DNA from: Bigelowiella natans CCMP2755
Lineage: Eukaryota; Protista; Cercozoa
Length of the DNA: 64,000 nucleotides
Assembly (NCBI GenBank): GCA_000320545.1
Contig: ADNK01000487.1
Location: 1 to 64,000, forward strand
Direction of reading: 5' to 3'
Under the pieces are notes generated by a model. That model did no database searches. It was not told where the DNA came from and was given only the letters and a program-made list of their open reading frames with translations. Below, in pieces: positions 35,972 to 49,500 of this stretch. Within the stretch, counting starts at the first letter, position 1. The number at the start of each line of letters is the position of its first letter. The position numbers were made by a program, and so were the translations under genes.

Positions 35972-38900
35972 AAAGAGAGAAAGAGAGAGGGGCCGATAGA
36001 CAGGCATATACTTACAAATATAATTAAAATATAATCACGTAGGTATCATCGTTAGAGAAAGCGAATGGAGAATTTGGTGCTAAGATTGAAGAATTCATTG
36101 CCCAAAATTTGAATCTTGAAAACGAGATAAAGAATTTGAAATCTGATGCTGAAGCTGACAAAGAGAACACTGACAGCCCACTCGTGAAGATAGCAAGTCT
36201 GAAAAAAGAAATCCAGGAACTTAAAGAAGATCGAGAGAGCGTTCTTGCGAAACAGGTCTAGATGCTGCTCATATCATTTTATTTTTCCTAAAATTCATTC
36301 TATTTTACAGAAAGAAATGGCTGGAGATATCCAGTCATTCCAACGTAGAAATGTCGAGCTTTTCAATGCTCTCAATGAGACAGAGAAGAAGCTTCAAGAG
36401 CAAGATGATGCTCGGAAATCAACGTCTAGACGTGTAACATTCTCTGGGATACGTAGGCCATCATTCGGCGGAATTTCAAAGAATGTTGAGGAATACAAGA
36501 AGGAAATAGCGGTATTGAAAGAGAGACTCCGAAATGCACAAAGATCCACAGGAAAGTCATCTTCTACGTCGTACAAAACAACAGAGAAAAACAAGAAGGA
36601 GTTGGGAAGTTTGAAGGAGAAACTAAGGACTGCCCTTCGCGAGAAGCAGAACGCCCTCTCTCAACTGCAGACTCAAGAAAGAGAATTGAGGTTCTTACGT
36701 AAAGTGAAAGAACAGATGGCTGCTAAGTCAAATGAGTTAAAGAGTTCCGATTCTAATTTGAAGAAAGCTCAGAAAGAGCTCACAAACATGACCCGCGAGC
36801 ATGATAAGATCAAAAAGGATTTGGACAGGAAGCTTCGTGACGAGAAAAATGCAAGGAGCAGCATTGAGGCCTCAAATGAGAAATTGTCGAAGGAAACAGA
36901 AAAGTTGCGAGATGAAAATGAGGATTTGATCCGACAATATGAAAGCGCAAATATGGAGAAGGAAGGATTAGAAATGCAATTGAATGTAGTCGTCAAGGAT
37001 CTCGAAAATGAAAGATCATCGGTTACGAGCTTAAAGAGGGATTCAGAGATGAAACTTCAGTCTATCCAAGCTGATCTTGAGGCAAAGGAACAAGAATATG
37101 AAACACTTGAGGCTCAATGTTTTGAAGTCAAGAATACAGCTTCTAAATATCATACACAAATTGTAGATATGGAACAGCATATGAAAAAACTGAAGGAAAA
37201 ATTGTCTGAAGAACGTTCAAGGTGCAGCGATATGAACAAGGAATGTTCTGAACTGAGAATTAAATCAAAGTGTTTGGAAGAGCGCTCTACGCATCACGAG
37301 CAACAAATTAATAAGTTCCAGCAAGATGAGAGCAAGTTAAGATCCGACCTGGCTGCAGCAAACAATGCACTCAATGATTTAAAGAAACGTGTTGAGAAGA
37401 CTTCTTCTGAATTGGCTAATACGAAGCAGCTATTGGCTGAGAAAGTTGCGAAAGTAGTTGAATACGATAGCGAATTACAAGAAAAGTCGAACTTGGTTCA
37501 AAGTCTCACAGAGGATGTTAATGCTCTTCAGTCAAAATATGACACTGAAAAATCTCGAGTCGAATCTCTTAGTACACATTGTGAAGGGCTTCAGAAGTCA
37601 CTTGATGAATTACAAAGTTCGCACAAAGAGCAGTCAACACTTAATAGTAATATCGTCGAGGAGCTAAAATCAGCGAAGGTTCAAATTCAATCCCTTGAAG
37701 AATCGAAGCAACAGCTGGAAGCCGAAGCAAGCGAAAGAAATTCAGAACTTGAAATTCTATCCGATGACTGCGAGCGCTTGATCTCTGAATGCGAGAAAAC
37801 TAACAATGAATTACAAACCTTGAAAGAGTCAAAACAAGAACTAACAGAAAGGTTATCCGAGAAGGAAACTACCTTAGAGAACATGCAGGAAGAGTGCAAA
37901 CGTCTCAACGAAGACGTAGAGGAGGCTGTTCGTATCGGACAGGAACTGAATCAGGAAAAGGAAGATTTGCAGGAGGAGAATGATGACCTTAAAGTCAAAC
38001 TCGAACAGGAATACGATGAAAGAGAAAAGGCCGAAAAAAATCTTTCTGAATCCAAAAGCAGAATCGAAGAACTTACGGAAAAGAATGCTGATCTCACAAG
38101 CGAGAACAATTCTCTAAAAGAAACAGTAGAGAAGAATAATGTCGAAATTCTACAATTAAATCAGACATATGAGAGTTTGCAGGAATGCAAAGAGCAACTA
38201 ACCAAGGATATCTCCGTACTCAACCAGGAACTTGAAAGCTCACATCAGGAAAAAGCGGATCTGACAAGGCGATTAGAAGATACAAAAGAGTCTTCTGGTT
38301 TGAAATACACATCTCTTCAAGAGAAACACGAAAAACTTCGTGATCTTTTATCAGAAGAACAAGCCGCAAAAATGATGCAAGAGCAGAAATTAGGTAAGGT
38401 TCAGGAGCAAATGAAAAGCTTAGAAGAAGAAATTCAAAATAGAGAACTCGAGAAAAAGAAAATAGAATCTTTGTTGGAGGAGAAGATGGATTTTGAGAAA
38501 AAATTACAGGAAAATATACAACAGCAGAAGGATGAATTAGAAGCGAAGGCAAACGACAACAATGGACTTGAACACGAAGTTAATGCCCTCACCAATGCAC
38601 TAGATCAAACAAATGCTGCGAAAAAGGAACTTGAGGACCAAATTCTTAACATGGGGGAAGAGATGAAGAAGAAGAGTAGAGAGCTTATGGAGGAGATACT
38701 TCAGAAGGAAAAGGAAATAGAAGATCTTGGAAATGAAGTTCGTGACATTACAAAAGAAAAGTCTGGGCTAGAGGATCAAATTAAAAATATCTCAGCTCAG
38801 CTTGAAAAATCATACGATGAGATGAAAGATGAGAAGAAAGAGAGCGCAAAGAGATTGAAGAGAATGCAACGTGAGCTTGACAACGAAATTCGAAATGCTG

Positions 38901-39574
38901 CTGTGGTCCAAAAGCGTGCAGACAAGGTGCGAAGTGAGAACGAACAGCTAATGAAAGAAAAACGGGAGATGATAAACAGCGTGCGAACAATGGAGGAACA
39001 AACTCAGAGAGGAAATGATGAAGAGATCAAGAAAAAGACTGCTCGATTACAGGAACTTGAAATACTTACGGCAGAGCTTCGGTCGAAATTACACCAAGCT
39101 GATGGTAATTTAGCAGAAGCTCAGAAACAAAGAGAAGCAGCAATAAACGAGATGAAAAATATGGGGAATAAACTTCAAACTGGAGTTGTAAAAGGCTCTG
39201 AAGCTAGTGCTCCACCTCTGAAATCCTCAAATTCTGATAGAGAAGTCTTAAAGTGGAAAACTCGATGTCAAAAGCAGTCTGCAAAAGTGAAGGCAGCTGT
39301 AGCAAAAGAACGTGGATACAAGAAAGACATTGAAGGCTTGACAAGCACGTCTGAACTTCAAAGACAAGCGCTTGCAGACAAGGATACTAACATTGCAGAA
39401 AAAGAGAAGGAAATTCTTGAACTGAATCGACAGTGCACAATCCTACGTAATGTCATCAAGAAAAATAACATGGTGAGTTCTATTCGTCGCAAGCAGCCGA
39501 GCGGCAAGGAGAACGTACAAATTCGCAAATCAACCCGCTTAAGGAAAAAAAACGAAATTAAGTCAAGAACTTAG
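34667..39574 (+). CDS. Large coiled-coil protein (~1,450 aa; additional 5' exons from ~33830 possible)
   Basis: E/K/L-rich heptad ORFs 34667..35251, 35244..35480 and 36245..39574 joined by short GT-AG introns. Contains RRVTF and a C-terminal KEN plus basic tail. Confidence 0.8.
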
Positions 39575-39754
39575 CTCGGGAGTTCTTACTATTGTTGCAA
39601 AATGCAACATTGTATATTAGCCAAAGGTACGACAAATCCTATTTTTCAATGTCAAACCGTAGATCATGAAGTTGATTGCGGACATATAAAGTAAGTCGAT
39701 TCATTACATCCTAATTTCACAGTGACATGGGCAAGAATTCTTTTTTAGGCATAA

Positions 39755-40205
39755 TCATGTCTAGCAGATGTCGATGTCTAGCTAGATAGATGTGCATCTA
39801 CCTAGCTTGTAGCAGAAGATACCTAGCCAATGTTTGTTGTGCATACTACTACATCTAGACATTGCAGCGGCACACCGCAACAACAGCGTTGGCTCTAGCC
39901 CATTAGCTAGCTAGCTAGGCCGCCTACTAGCTAGCTGACTGCAGGCTAGCTAGCTAGCATGCAGTCTAGCAGTGTCTAGAGCATCATCTAGGTATGCTAG
40001 CTCGCTAGCTATAGTGTATGCATTACAGCGCATGCTGTCTAGCTAGCTTGGAGATGTCGATCTACGCACACGCTAGCTGTCGGTGGAAAACTGTCTTAAC
40101 TGTCCAGCTGTGCTATAGCTGTCTAACTGTGCCTGCATGCGCAGGTCTAGCTATAGCTAGAAGTGTAACTCGATCATCATGTTAGCATGATTCGCAGACT
40201 AGCAG
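39755..40205. repeat. CTAG-rich intergenic island between convergent 3' ends
   Basis: ~26 CTAG in ~450 bp (manual count). Confidence 0.8.
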
Positions 40206-40326
40206 ACTGACTTGCTTTTGCATGACAAACGTTAAGTTTTTTATTAAATGAGAAGAAATAGGAACTTGAACATCTGACATGCTTATCTGATTATTGAGAC
40301 GAAACGTTGCTAACGCTAGACACAAA

Positions 40327-40362
<36 letters not shown>

Positions 40363-40541
40363 TACAGAGCATATAATATGTCCATAGTTGCTCCAGATTT
40401 TGAAGATATTTGCAGCTTGTAGCTTTAGTATGAGAAGATCCCTTCCCAAATTTTTAAAAACTTGGATGTTGTTGCTTTATCTTCAGAAAAATGGTAGACT
40501 GGGGGGGAGTTACTGCATGATTTGACGAGAATTTTCGGAAA

Positions 40542-43500
40542 TTACTCATTTTGCGTGAAACTTTCGCTCAGTAGCTTGTAAACATCGACAATGTATTGCA
40601 TTTGAATGCCCTTCGGAAAGTGCTTGAACCACTCCATTTCGTTCATGTAATTGTCACCTACAGGCGCCCAACCGATGAAATCTGCAATTGGAGCTGAGGC
40701 AGAAGTTTGCGGCTCGATGAGCCTTTGGATGATGAGTTCCTGCATTGTAGGAACAAGAGTTTCGAGGTCCAAGCCCTTCGCATCTTGCTGTAACCTCTTC
40801 CCTTCATCTGCACCGAGGACCTCCTTGTAGCGAGCATGCACGTTCTCAAATGGGTCTTTCACGGTGAAATCGCGGAGCGTCTTCCAGAGGGAGTCGATGT
40901 GCTTCAGCTTGATTTTGGATTGGATCGTGTGAGAGCCGAAATCCACATCCTTCATGAGGAGAACGTCTTTAACGTACTCAATCAGGAACTTATCCCCCAC
41001 ACCAATCTTTTGGATGTAGGAGCCTCCAGTGGCTTGGAGGAAGCTAATGCAGGTTTCCAGGAGGCGCATGGCTTTGTGCGCCATAGCTGGAGAACCAAGC
41101 TCGTTGAGAATTTGTTTTTGCTCTTCACGAGTGAGTGGTTCTTGGTCTACCTTCTCCTTCAGAAGGAGAGTATTAACCGCTCCTTCATCGTCGGTATATT
41201 GCACCATTCGCAACTCCATCTCTACAAGGGGCTTTCCTACGAAGAAAACGTCAAGCAGATACTGTTCAGCATTGTTGAAGTTGTAGATCGTGGCTCCATC
41301 ATCTCCTATGCTGACGCATTGCTTCGCGACGAAAGGAACAAATTTCCCTTCCAAGTCGTACTTCAAAGTGTGGGCGACTGAGAAGAATTTAGACGAAACG
41401 ACGTTCTTGCGCGAGGAGTTGCGTTGGAGCTCCTGGCCTCTGAGCAGGAGCTTTTCGTAGATTATTTCCACAAATTGGTTGTGGCGACGGGACAGGTAGT
41501 TCATGATACCAAGGCCACAGATTCCCTCATCCTTTTCCTGGGGAAGCACCATAGTGATTGGAGTCTTCTCATCAATCGAAAATTTCTTGTACATGTCGGG
41601 AATCTCGAGACAGGTGAATCGCTCCACGAATTTCCACCCTAGGTTCCAGGCCTGCACATACCCCTGGAAAGCATCACGCCATCTCTTCTTATCAGAAGCC
41701 TTGGAGATGGCTTGGCCGATCGTCAGTTTCTGAGCCGCTTCCTTCGTCAAGGCACGGTTGAACTTCTGAAGAAGCAGTGTCTGGAACTCGATTGCGGCGG
41801 GGAAGTACTGCAAGGCTTGCAGGTTTTTCTCGGAGGACAAGAAGGCCGAGAGGACAGGGAAGTTGGCCTTGTTATCCTCGCTGAGGTTGAGTTCCATCGT
41901 GAAATCCTCGAGGGAGAACGGCGAGCGATACCGCCACAGCGCTGGAGAGTGCTCCTGTCTCATCGAAGCAGGCATGATCTTGATGTCAGATTTTTCCATC
42001 AGCTCTTGCGTGAACACTTGTGCTCCGTCCTCCGAGTCCTGGGCGAACAGCTTCTGCGATGCCTCGAGACGTGGGGCCATGTTCTTGCTATCGAATACAA
42101 CATCCACATTATTCTTCCCGAAGTGTGTCTCGAAGGCGTTTCTCTTGGGGATTGTGTCGAGCACCACCCAGCTGTGAATGCCTTGGACCGGGGGTTTCTT
42201 CGCTTCTACCAACATGGGCGGAATGGTATTGGTCGCGACTTGCTTGTTCGGCAGCACGAGATCGTTGAGTAGGGAGTGGAGCAGGATGCCAACATCATCC
42301 GGCGACTTTCTCACGAGCTTCGTCAACACCTTCCAGTCACCTCGGATGTGGTCTGCGAGGAAACCAGCGGTGTTCTTATGTGCTTTTGCACTAATGGTCT
42401 TGTTGAACAGCTTGGTAACCCGCTTCACCCATGTTTTTCCCGACACAATGGAGCCAGCGAGCAATGCACAGTGCATAAGAAGGCGCTGCGATCGGTCACT
42501 GATGGGCGTCATCGAGCGGACAGTCTCGAACGGCGCGCTTTCCTCCTTCGCCTCCTTGAGGCAGTAGTTTGGCTCGGATTTGTCCAGCGCCTTGGTCTTC
42601 TGAGAGTAGTTGGTGTTTCCTTCGAGCCCAGAATCAAGGTCGACCTGCCCTGGAAGGAGATTGTGATTCAGGCCGCCGATCTTAACACCGCACGTGGCGC
42701 ATTTTTGCACGACGGTGGGGCGACCGCACTTGTCTACGAAATACGCATGGCCGTTGGAGCACTTGTACCATCTTCCTCCCAAGATCCGCACGGCCATTGC
42801 CTGAGCATCTTCAAGCATGCAGGGCAGCCACTTGTTCACGCACGTCTCTGGCTTGAAGATGAGTCCATAGAAGAAGCGAGGGAGGCTGTTCTCAGCGGAA
42901 GACAGCGCAGCAACAGCAACATGCACGAGCACGCGGAACAGTACGATATCCTCGGTTTTGCTCTCTGGAGTCAGCTGTAGTAAGAAGCCATTGGCAGCTT
43001 CTTCCCATGCGAAGAACGCGATAAACTCGCGCTCCTGCGCTGAGAGGAAGGCCAGGTTAGGCGAGCTCTTGACCCAGGCTGCCAACTTCTTAATTTGGTT
43101 TCTGGTTGCTGCAGGAACGTCCTCAAGGACCTTGAGCAGGTAGCACTCGTGGAAGATCGCAGCAAGGAGCGCACCTTTGAGCGCGGGGATGCTTTCCTTC
43201 TTCTGGGTGAAGGTCTGCGTGCAGATCGCCTCGAGCTCCTTGAAGCCGGAGGTCTTAGGGTCGAGCCCAGTGCTCAGGGCCACGTGCACGTCGGAGAAGA
43301 GGGACTGCGCCTTAAACGGGTTGGTGTTAGGGAGCTTGTTGGAACCGAGGAAACGGATCAGTCCAGGCTCCGACGTATTCTTCCAATCTTTGAGCCATTT
43401 GCATTCGCTCAATGGCGACACGAGCATCGCAGAGCGCAGGAAGGACACCCCGCGGGATCTCTCAAGATTCTTAAGCAAGAACATGCGAAGGGAACGCACC

Positions 43501-46500
43501 ATCGTCGCCTTGCTTTGGAAGACCGGCTCAAGGGCTTTAGACAGCTTCAAGACATCAGGCTTTAGCGCCTGAGCTTTAGTCTTTTCTTCCTTCTTGTCCT
43601 CAGTTGCCTGGAGCACTTGGTCGATACCATTTGCAAAGATGACGATGACATGCCGCAGTTTCGCAATCGTAGTCAATACCTTCTCTACCGGGTGAGAGTT
43701 CTTGCCCTTAAACTGGAACTCAAGTTGATCGAGCGCACTCGTCAACTCTGGCATTACAGCGAGGGCGTCGCCCACGGTCAGGGTTTTTTCGGCGAAAATT
43801 TGCTCCTGCACCGAAGCGTAGTTGACGCACAAGTTGGTGCCTAGATATTTTGCCTTCTTCACGGTCATTGCCATCACTTTATGGATCATCTGTTTTGTAA
43901 AGGGAAGATCAGGTGTGCGAGATTTCGATATATGACCACAACTTTCGAAGCAATAATTTCCTCAAAGGAACATGCACACACGCACACGCGCACACTCTCA
44001 CGCACAGGCAGAATTTAAGGGAATAATATCATCGAGACTTCGAAAAAATTAGACAAAAGTTACCTCCGTCGCCTTCCCCTTTAGTTTGGGGTCCGGAAGC
44101 TCCAAGATCTTTCGGAGCAAAAAGCTCTTACCCGCGTCAGATGGGACGACATCCACTGCCGTCTTCCTCATCTCTTTCAGCTTTTTCCCAGCTAACATCG
44201 CCACGAAATCGACGATGAGCTTGCTTTCCTTGACGTCCTTCCCAGTTGCACCAAAGCAGAGCTCGAAGAGGTAGAACTCCATAAACCGTGACGCAGCAGC
44301 CCTAAGTCCCTCTTCCGTGGCCATCGCCTTGAGCTTGTTCTTGAGGTCCGTTGCAGGCCTGAGCTCTTTAGTTTTTAGAGGCAGGTTTGTGAGCAGGTTG
44401 AGGTCATGGCCTTCCAGCCACTCTTCAATTGCTGCACGCTCGTATATGCGGCCATCATCTACTAGGATCACAGGGTCCTTGAACGGCTCCAGCGTGATCG
44501 GGCAGATGAAATCATCTTTAGGGTTGATGATTTGGAAGCGAAGGTCGGAGAACATCTTAACAATGGCGCGGAATATAGAGGATGTGCGCAACTCGCCCTT
44601 CGCAGTTGGTTCCAATGTGCGTAAAGTGAGAGCCGGCTCCACCTTCATTGGGACAGAAACATCCCGTATGAACGTGTACGTGAAAAGGAGCTTCTCCCAA
44701 GAATTTGAGACTTCCTCAAGCGCGCTTGGAGGCTCTGAAAGACGTCCGCAAATGGCTAGTAATCCCTCCACAATAGGTCGAACATCCTCGAATTTGGTCA
44801 TCCAATCGCCATAGTCCTGGACTTCCTTCCACTCCTGAGCGCTTGGAGCGAGACCGGCGATGACGTGTCCCACGAGCGTCATGTCAAGATCTGCACCCAT
44901 GCTCTCTGCGGCTAAAACAGAGCCCTTGATGGAAGCTAGGCATGGAGGCACGGCATCGATCAGCCCAAAGTACGCAGTGATGGTGGTTTCTGTCTGCCAG
45001 TAGTAAGCATGGATCTCTGAGATCAAGGTTGGTTCGGACCCCTTGGCGAGAGAGACGATCTTCCACAATATCTGCGCTTGCTGTACACGATCCATGTTCT
45101 GCGAGAAGGCACAGTTCATGGCGGTGAAATCGTACGCGTAGCGGAAGAGCGTTGCCTTGTCCATCTTGTCGGCAATACCAAACTCCCAATTGAGGAGCGA
45201 GAACTGCGACTGGAGAGACTTGGCAGGATTTTGGCTATCCTGGGTGAGGGATCGAGCCTCAGTGAGGATACGGGCCAAGAAGAACGAGAAGGGGAAGCGA
45301 GAGCGGAATGACTGCGAGGATGATCCGTCACTGAGGACCTCGACTGCTCCGCCTTCCTTTATGCTCATAAGCTGAAAGCCACCGAGATCATTCACTGAGC
45401 GACCGAAGAGGTACAACCAGATATCTCTCACTTTGCTTCCCGCCTTTGAGAGGAGGAATAAACCGGTGTTTCTGTCCATGTGCGACAGCAGGAGTGCAAA
45501 GGCTGAGGATAATGTGTCCAGGATCTGCCTGTGGAGGGCTGCTTGGAAAGTTCCAGCAAGAGCGAGGTCCTCCTCTTTCTTGGCGGCCTGCATAAGCTCG
45601 AGCTTCTTTCCGCTACGTCCTACAATCTCCTTCACAGCGTCGCTCACAGGATCGATAAATTGAGGATCGGTCTTGAGCGAGTTTAGCAGGAAGCCAATTT
45701 GCTCCTTGACGTCTTCGTTGGTGCGCTCGTGCAGATAGACCAACCGAGCCAGGGCGCGTCGGAAAGACGCGAGGAGAACCTTTTTGAGGTCGAGGAGCTC
45801 CATGATGTCCTTCATGCTGAGGTCTTTGGTGTTGAGCATTTGCTGGATGTCTGGGAGACCGGTGTTCGCAGCGGGCTCTATGTCGTCAACGAAGGCCATT
45901 CGCCAGCGCTTATCGTAGTCAATGAGGAACTGAAGATCACCACGCGGCAGGTGGACCAGGATCACCACATGCACTCCTTTGGGTCCAACTGGTCCTCCTG
46001 CAGATCCTGATTTTCCTTCCCCCTTGCCTTCGCTCTTTCCTTCCACGCTCTCTGCGGTCGCCTTGCCCTCCGTCGCTTTACCCTCGGCTGCTTTGCCTTC
46101 GGGCGCTTTGCCTTCTTCCCCTCCAGATTTAGATTCCTTCGCATCCTTCGAGTCGTCGTCGTCCTTTTCGACTTTCGGTTTTGCGTTCTTCACCTCACTC
46201 CAACGGGAGCGGAGAAATTTGGATCGCGCGTGCTCAATGATGTATCGAGCGTGCTCAATGCGACGGAAGCTTGCTGCCTGAGGATCGCACTGGAGTAGGA
46301 AAACTGAGCCCTGCTCGCAGGTCTCGAAGAAGTCAGAGATAGCCGTTTTAAGGTCTCTTTCGGAAGACAGCTCGTGCAAAGTTCTGGTGGTAACTTTCTT
46401 CCATTTACTATGCTGAGATAGAGCCTTTCCAGAGTGGAGAGACATAGGAGAGAAGGTCAGAATCTGAGCTTGGACACCCATATCATCGCGAGCCCATGGC

Positions 46501-49500
46501 TCGAACATGTTGTCGGCAAACGTGATGAAGTCAGAATGATGCTGCTTCTTGAAGTATGTATCAACGACATCAATGCTGTGGAGCTGCTTGAGGGCAACGG
46601 AACGCTCGCGCAGAGTCATCACGCGGCACGCAGACTCGGGGGTTGCGAGCCACAAGAGGCGCTGGATACATTCTTGTGTCGTTTCCTGAATGTCGGACAC
46701 CTCAGGCAAGGACTGGACCAGGGAGGAAAGCATATCGTTGTGGAACCCTACGAAGCAAGTACGAAGGTCTGACATGGAAGGTTTCTGATTGCCTTGGCCT
46801 GAGGAGAATATGGTTGTGAATTGGCGCAGGTTCTTCTCCACCTGTCGCTGAACGTTGGAGAGAAGGTTGGATCGCTCCATCACTTGCTTCTCGAAACGAT
46901 TCAGCAGTGGAGGCGCCAGTCGGTTGTATGCGTCGATCTTCTCGACGACGACGATCACGCGGAAGGAGCGGTGGATCTCACAAAGCCTAGAAGCAGTACC
47001 GAACGCAAGGCGAACGTATAGTTTCCCTCCGTATTCGGTGTAATGCTGGTTGAGTAGGTCGTATAGGGATTCGTAAAGATCCTCGCAGTATACGAGAACA
47101 ACTGTGCGACCTTCGGCCATACACAGTTTGATGTTTTGCAGGTTGAGGCAGACCTGAAGGTCGGTCTTATCTGCAGGGAAGTCGGATCCAAAAATAACCT
47201 CCGTATTCTCCTGCTTACGTAAGTTGTAATCGAATAAGAGCGAGAGAGCAGCGTTATTCTTCGTCAGCAGCATAAGATGACGCGCTTCCTTGGAGCCAAT
47301 ATTTTGACGAATCAACTCCACAACGTCGTCCTCCTTAGATCCTTTGCGTGAAATACCCATAGTCTCGTAGAACACATCAAGGACTTTCTGCATGTCATTG
47401 GGCTTTCCACCAAAGTTGCGCTGCACCGCATTCATTACCACCTGTGCGTTGAGCTCGGCGCCCTTCTCTTCCGCAAGCATACGGTTGATGTGGCGAACAG
47501 TCGAGTAGAACTCACGAAGTCCCCAGAAGTCCTGTTGTTTCTGAGATTCGTATACGGTAGAGTACGCTCGCGCAATCTTACGCAGGAATCCGGACAGCTG
47601 AGCGTTATTGACCATACCCTCGGCTGTTTTAGACAGGTCGCTCACGGTTGGGGCCGGGCGGTAGAGATGCACAGCGCGATTCATTTTTGCGGGGTCGAGC
47701 GCCCAGTTGGAAATACCGACGAGCGTGTATTCGTGGTCCTCATCCAGGACCTTGTGGAGAACCTTAAGTGGCAGGTGAGGGCTCTGTTCAGCCAAACCAA
47801 CCTCATCAAGCAGGACCACGCAAATGGTGTCAGGAGCACTGAGCTTGTAGCGAGCAGCAGCTTGGAAGGCTTGCTCGATACCGTCGGAAGTAGAGAGTGG
47901 AGAGCACTGGTATGAGAAGATGTCCACAGGGGGGAGAGATCGGAGGAAGGCATTCTCTGAAGCTTCTCCGTTCATGTTCGCCTGGATGAGACCCATGGCC
48001 AGCGACTTGGAAGTTCCAGGCTTGCCGACGACGAAAATAGGGATCTTATTCAGAATCGATACCATGATCATGAAAAGGTTTTCCAAGAGTGCCTCGTTCA
48101 GGGCGATTCCTTCAGGAATGTTGATGTGTTCGACAAAATCGCGCATCACTTGATCAATGACCTTCGAGAATCTATCGGCGTTGAGCTCAAGCCACTGGCA
48201 GCGCGGTCCATACTTGGGTTCTTTCTTCGTGGTGCCGCCGAACACGGAAGCATACAAAGAGCCCTTCTCAACAAAACCGATAGGTTCCTGAAGTTTATCC
48301 CAAGTCTTTTGAATAATGACCCCGAATTCTTTCCTGTCCTCGCGACCGAGACGTGCATGGTAGCAGTAGGCAAGGGACATGATCATAGCCCGACGCACAT
48401 AATCCCTTGCAACCTCTTCCACGTTGAAGAACTCGAAGACACCCCACTTCTTATCATCCTTTTCTTCACTCGCGCCCACATGGCCGGCGAAATGCTCACC
48501 GAACCAACAGAATACCTTGACAGCGCGCGACACATCCCGTAGCGATACAACGGAGCGCTCTTCGTTGTGGATCTTTCTCACGAACTCCTGTGCAGCAGAG
48601 ATGAGCTTCGCGAACACGGCGACGAACTCCTGGAAGGGGCTCTCGCCTTTCTTGGACTCCATCTCCTCCATGAGCTTCTTCATCTCCTCAGGGGCCAGGG
48701 TGGTTCCTCCTGCCGGGGTAGATCCCGATCCAGACCCTTGTTGTCGTTGCAGATTGCGCTGATGCTGAAGAATGCTGACGAGATCATGCGTAGCTTGGTT
48801 TCGCTGTCTAGAGTTGCCTCCTTGCATGGCAGCTGTCATCAGAGAGCGGATACGAGCCATCTCTTCCTCCTTTGTGGAGCCCTGCGATGCCCCACCTCCT
48901 TGAGGTTGAGCTGGTGTTGCCTTCTTGTCTCCCTTTTTCTCGTCCTTCGTCGTCTTCTTCTTCTCCTCGGTTCTCAGGTAGATCGAAAGCTGGCGCTTGA
49001 GGATAGCAGCCACATAAAGCGCCTCCGTCGCGGCCGGAAGGGCGCCGAAATCAAAGACATGGTCAATCATGGATTCGGGAAGAGGGTGTACCCGGTACAC
49101 TAGATTCTTCAAAGGATCACGGATACCCGTACCGATGTTTTCTGAGCCGCCTTGGAATGTGTCGAACGCGAGACCTGCCATGGCCTCTTGTTCCAGCGCT
49201 TGCTTCGACTTCAAACGGTATGGATTGCAAGCAGCGATGATCCTCATAGAGTTGGGCAGGAAGCGACCCTGGACAGAGCGGTCACAGATTATCTCCTTGA
49301 AGAGACCCATGCAGTTACAGGTGTTCACTTCATCGAGGAAGATCACCACTCGCTCCTCGTCGTGCAACATCTCCGCTTCCTCAATACGAAGCTTGAGCCA
49401 GCTTACTACATCATCTGCTTCCATTCCACCGTGTATATTTAATGTTCTCAACGGCGTCCGCAGCACAGCTGTGAGTTGCTTAATCAGTGAGGATTTGCCG

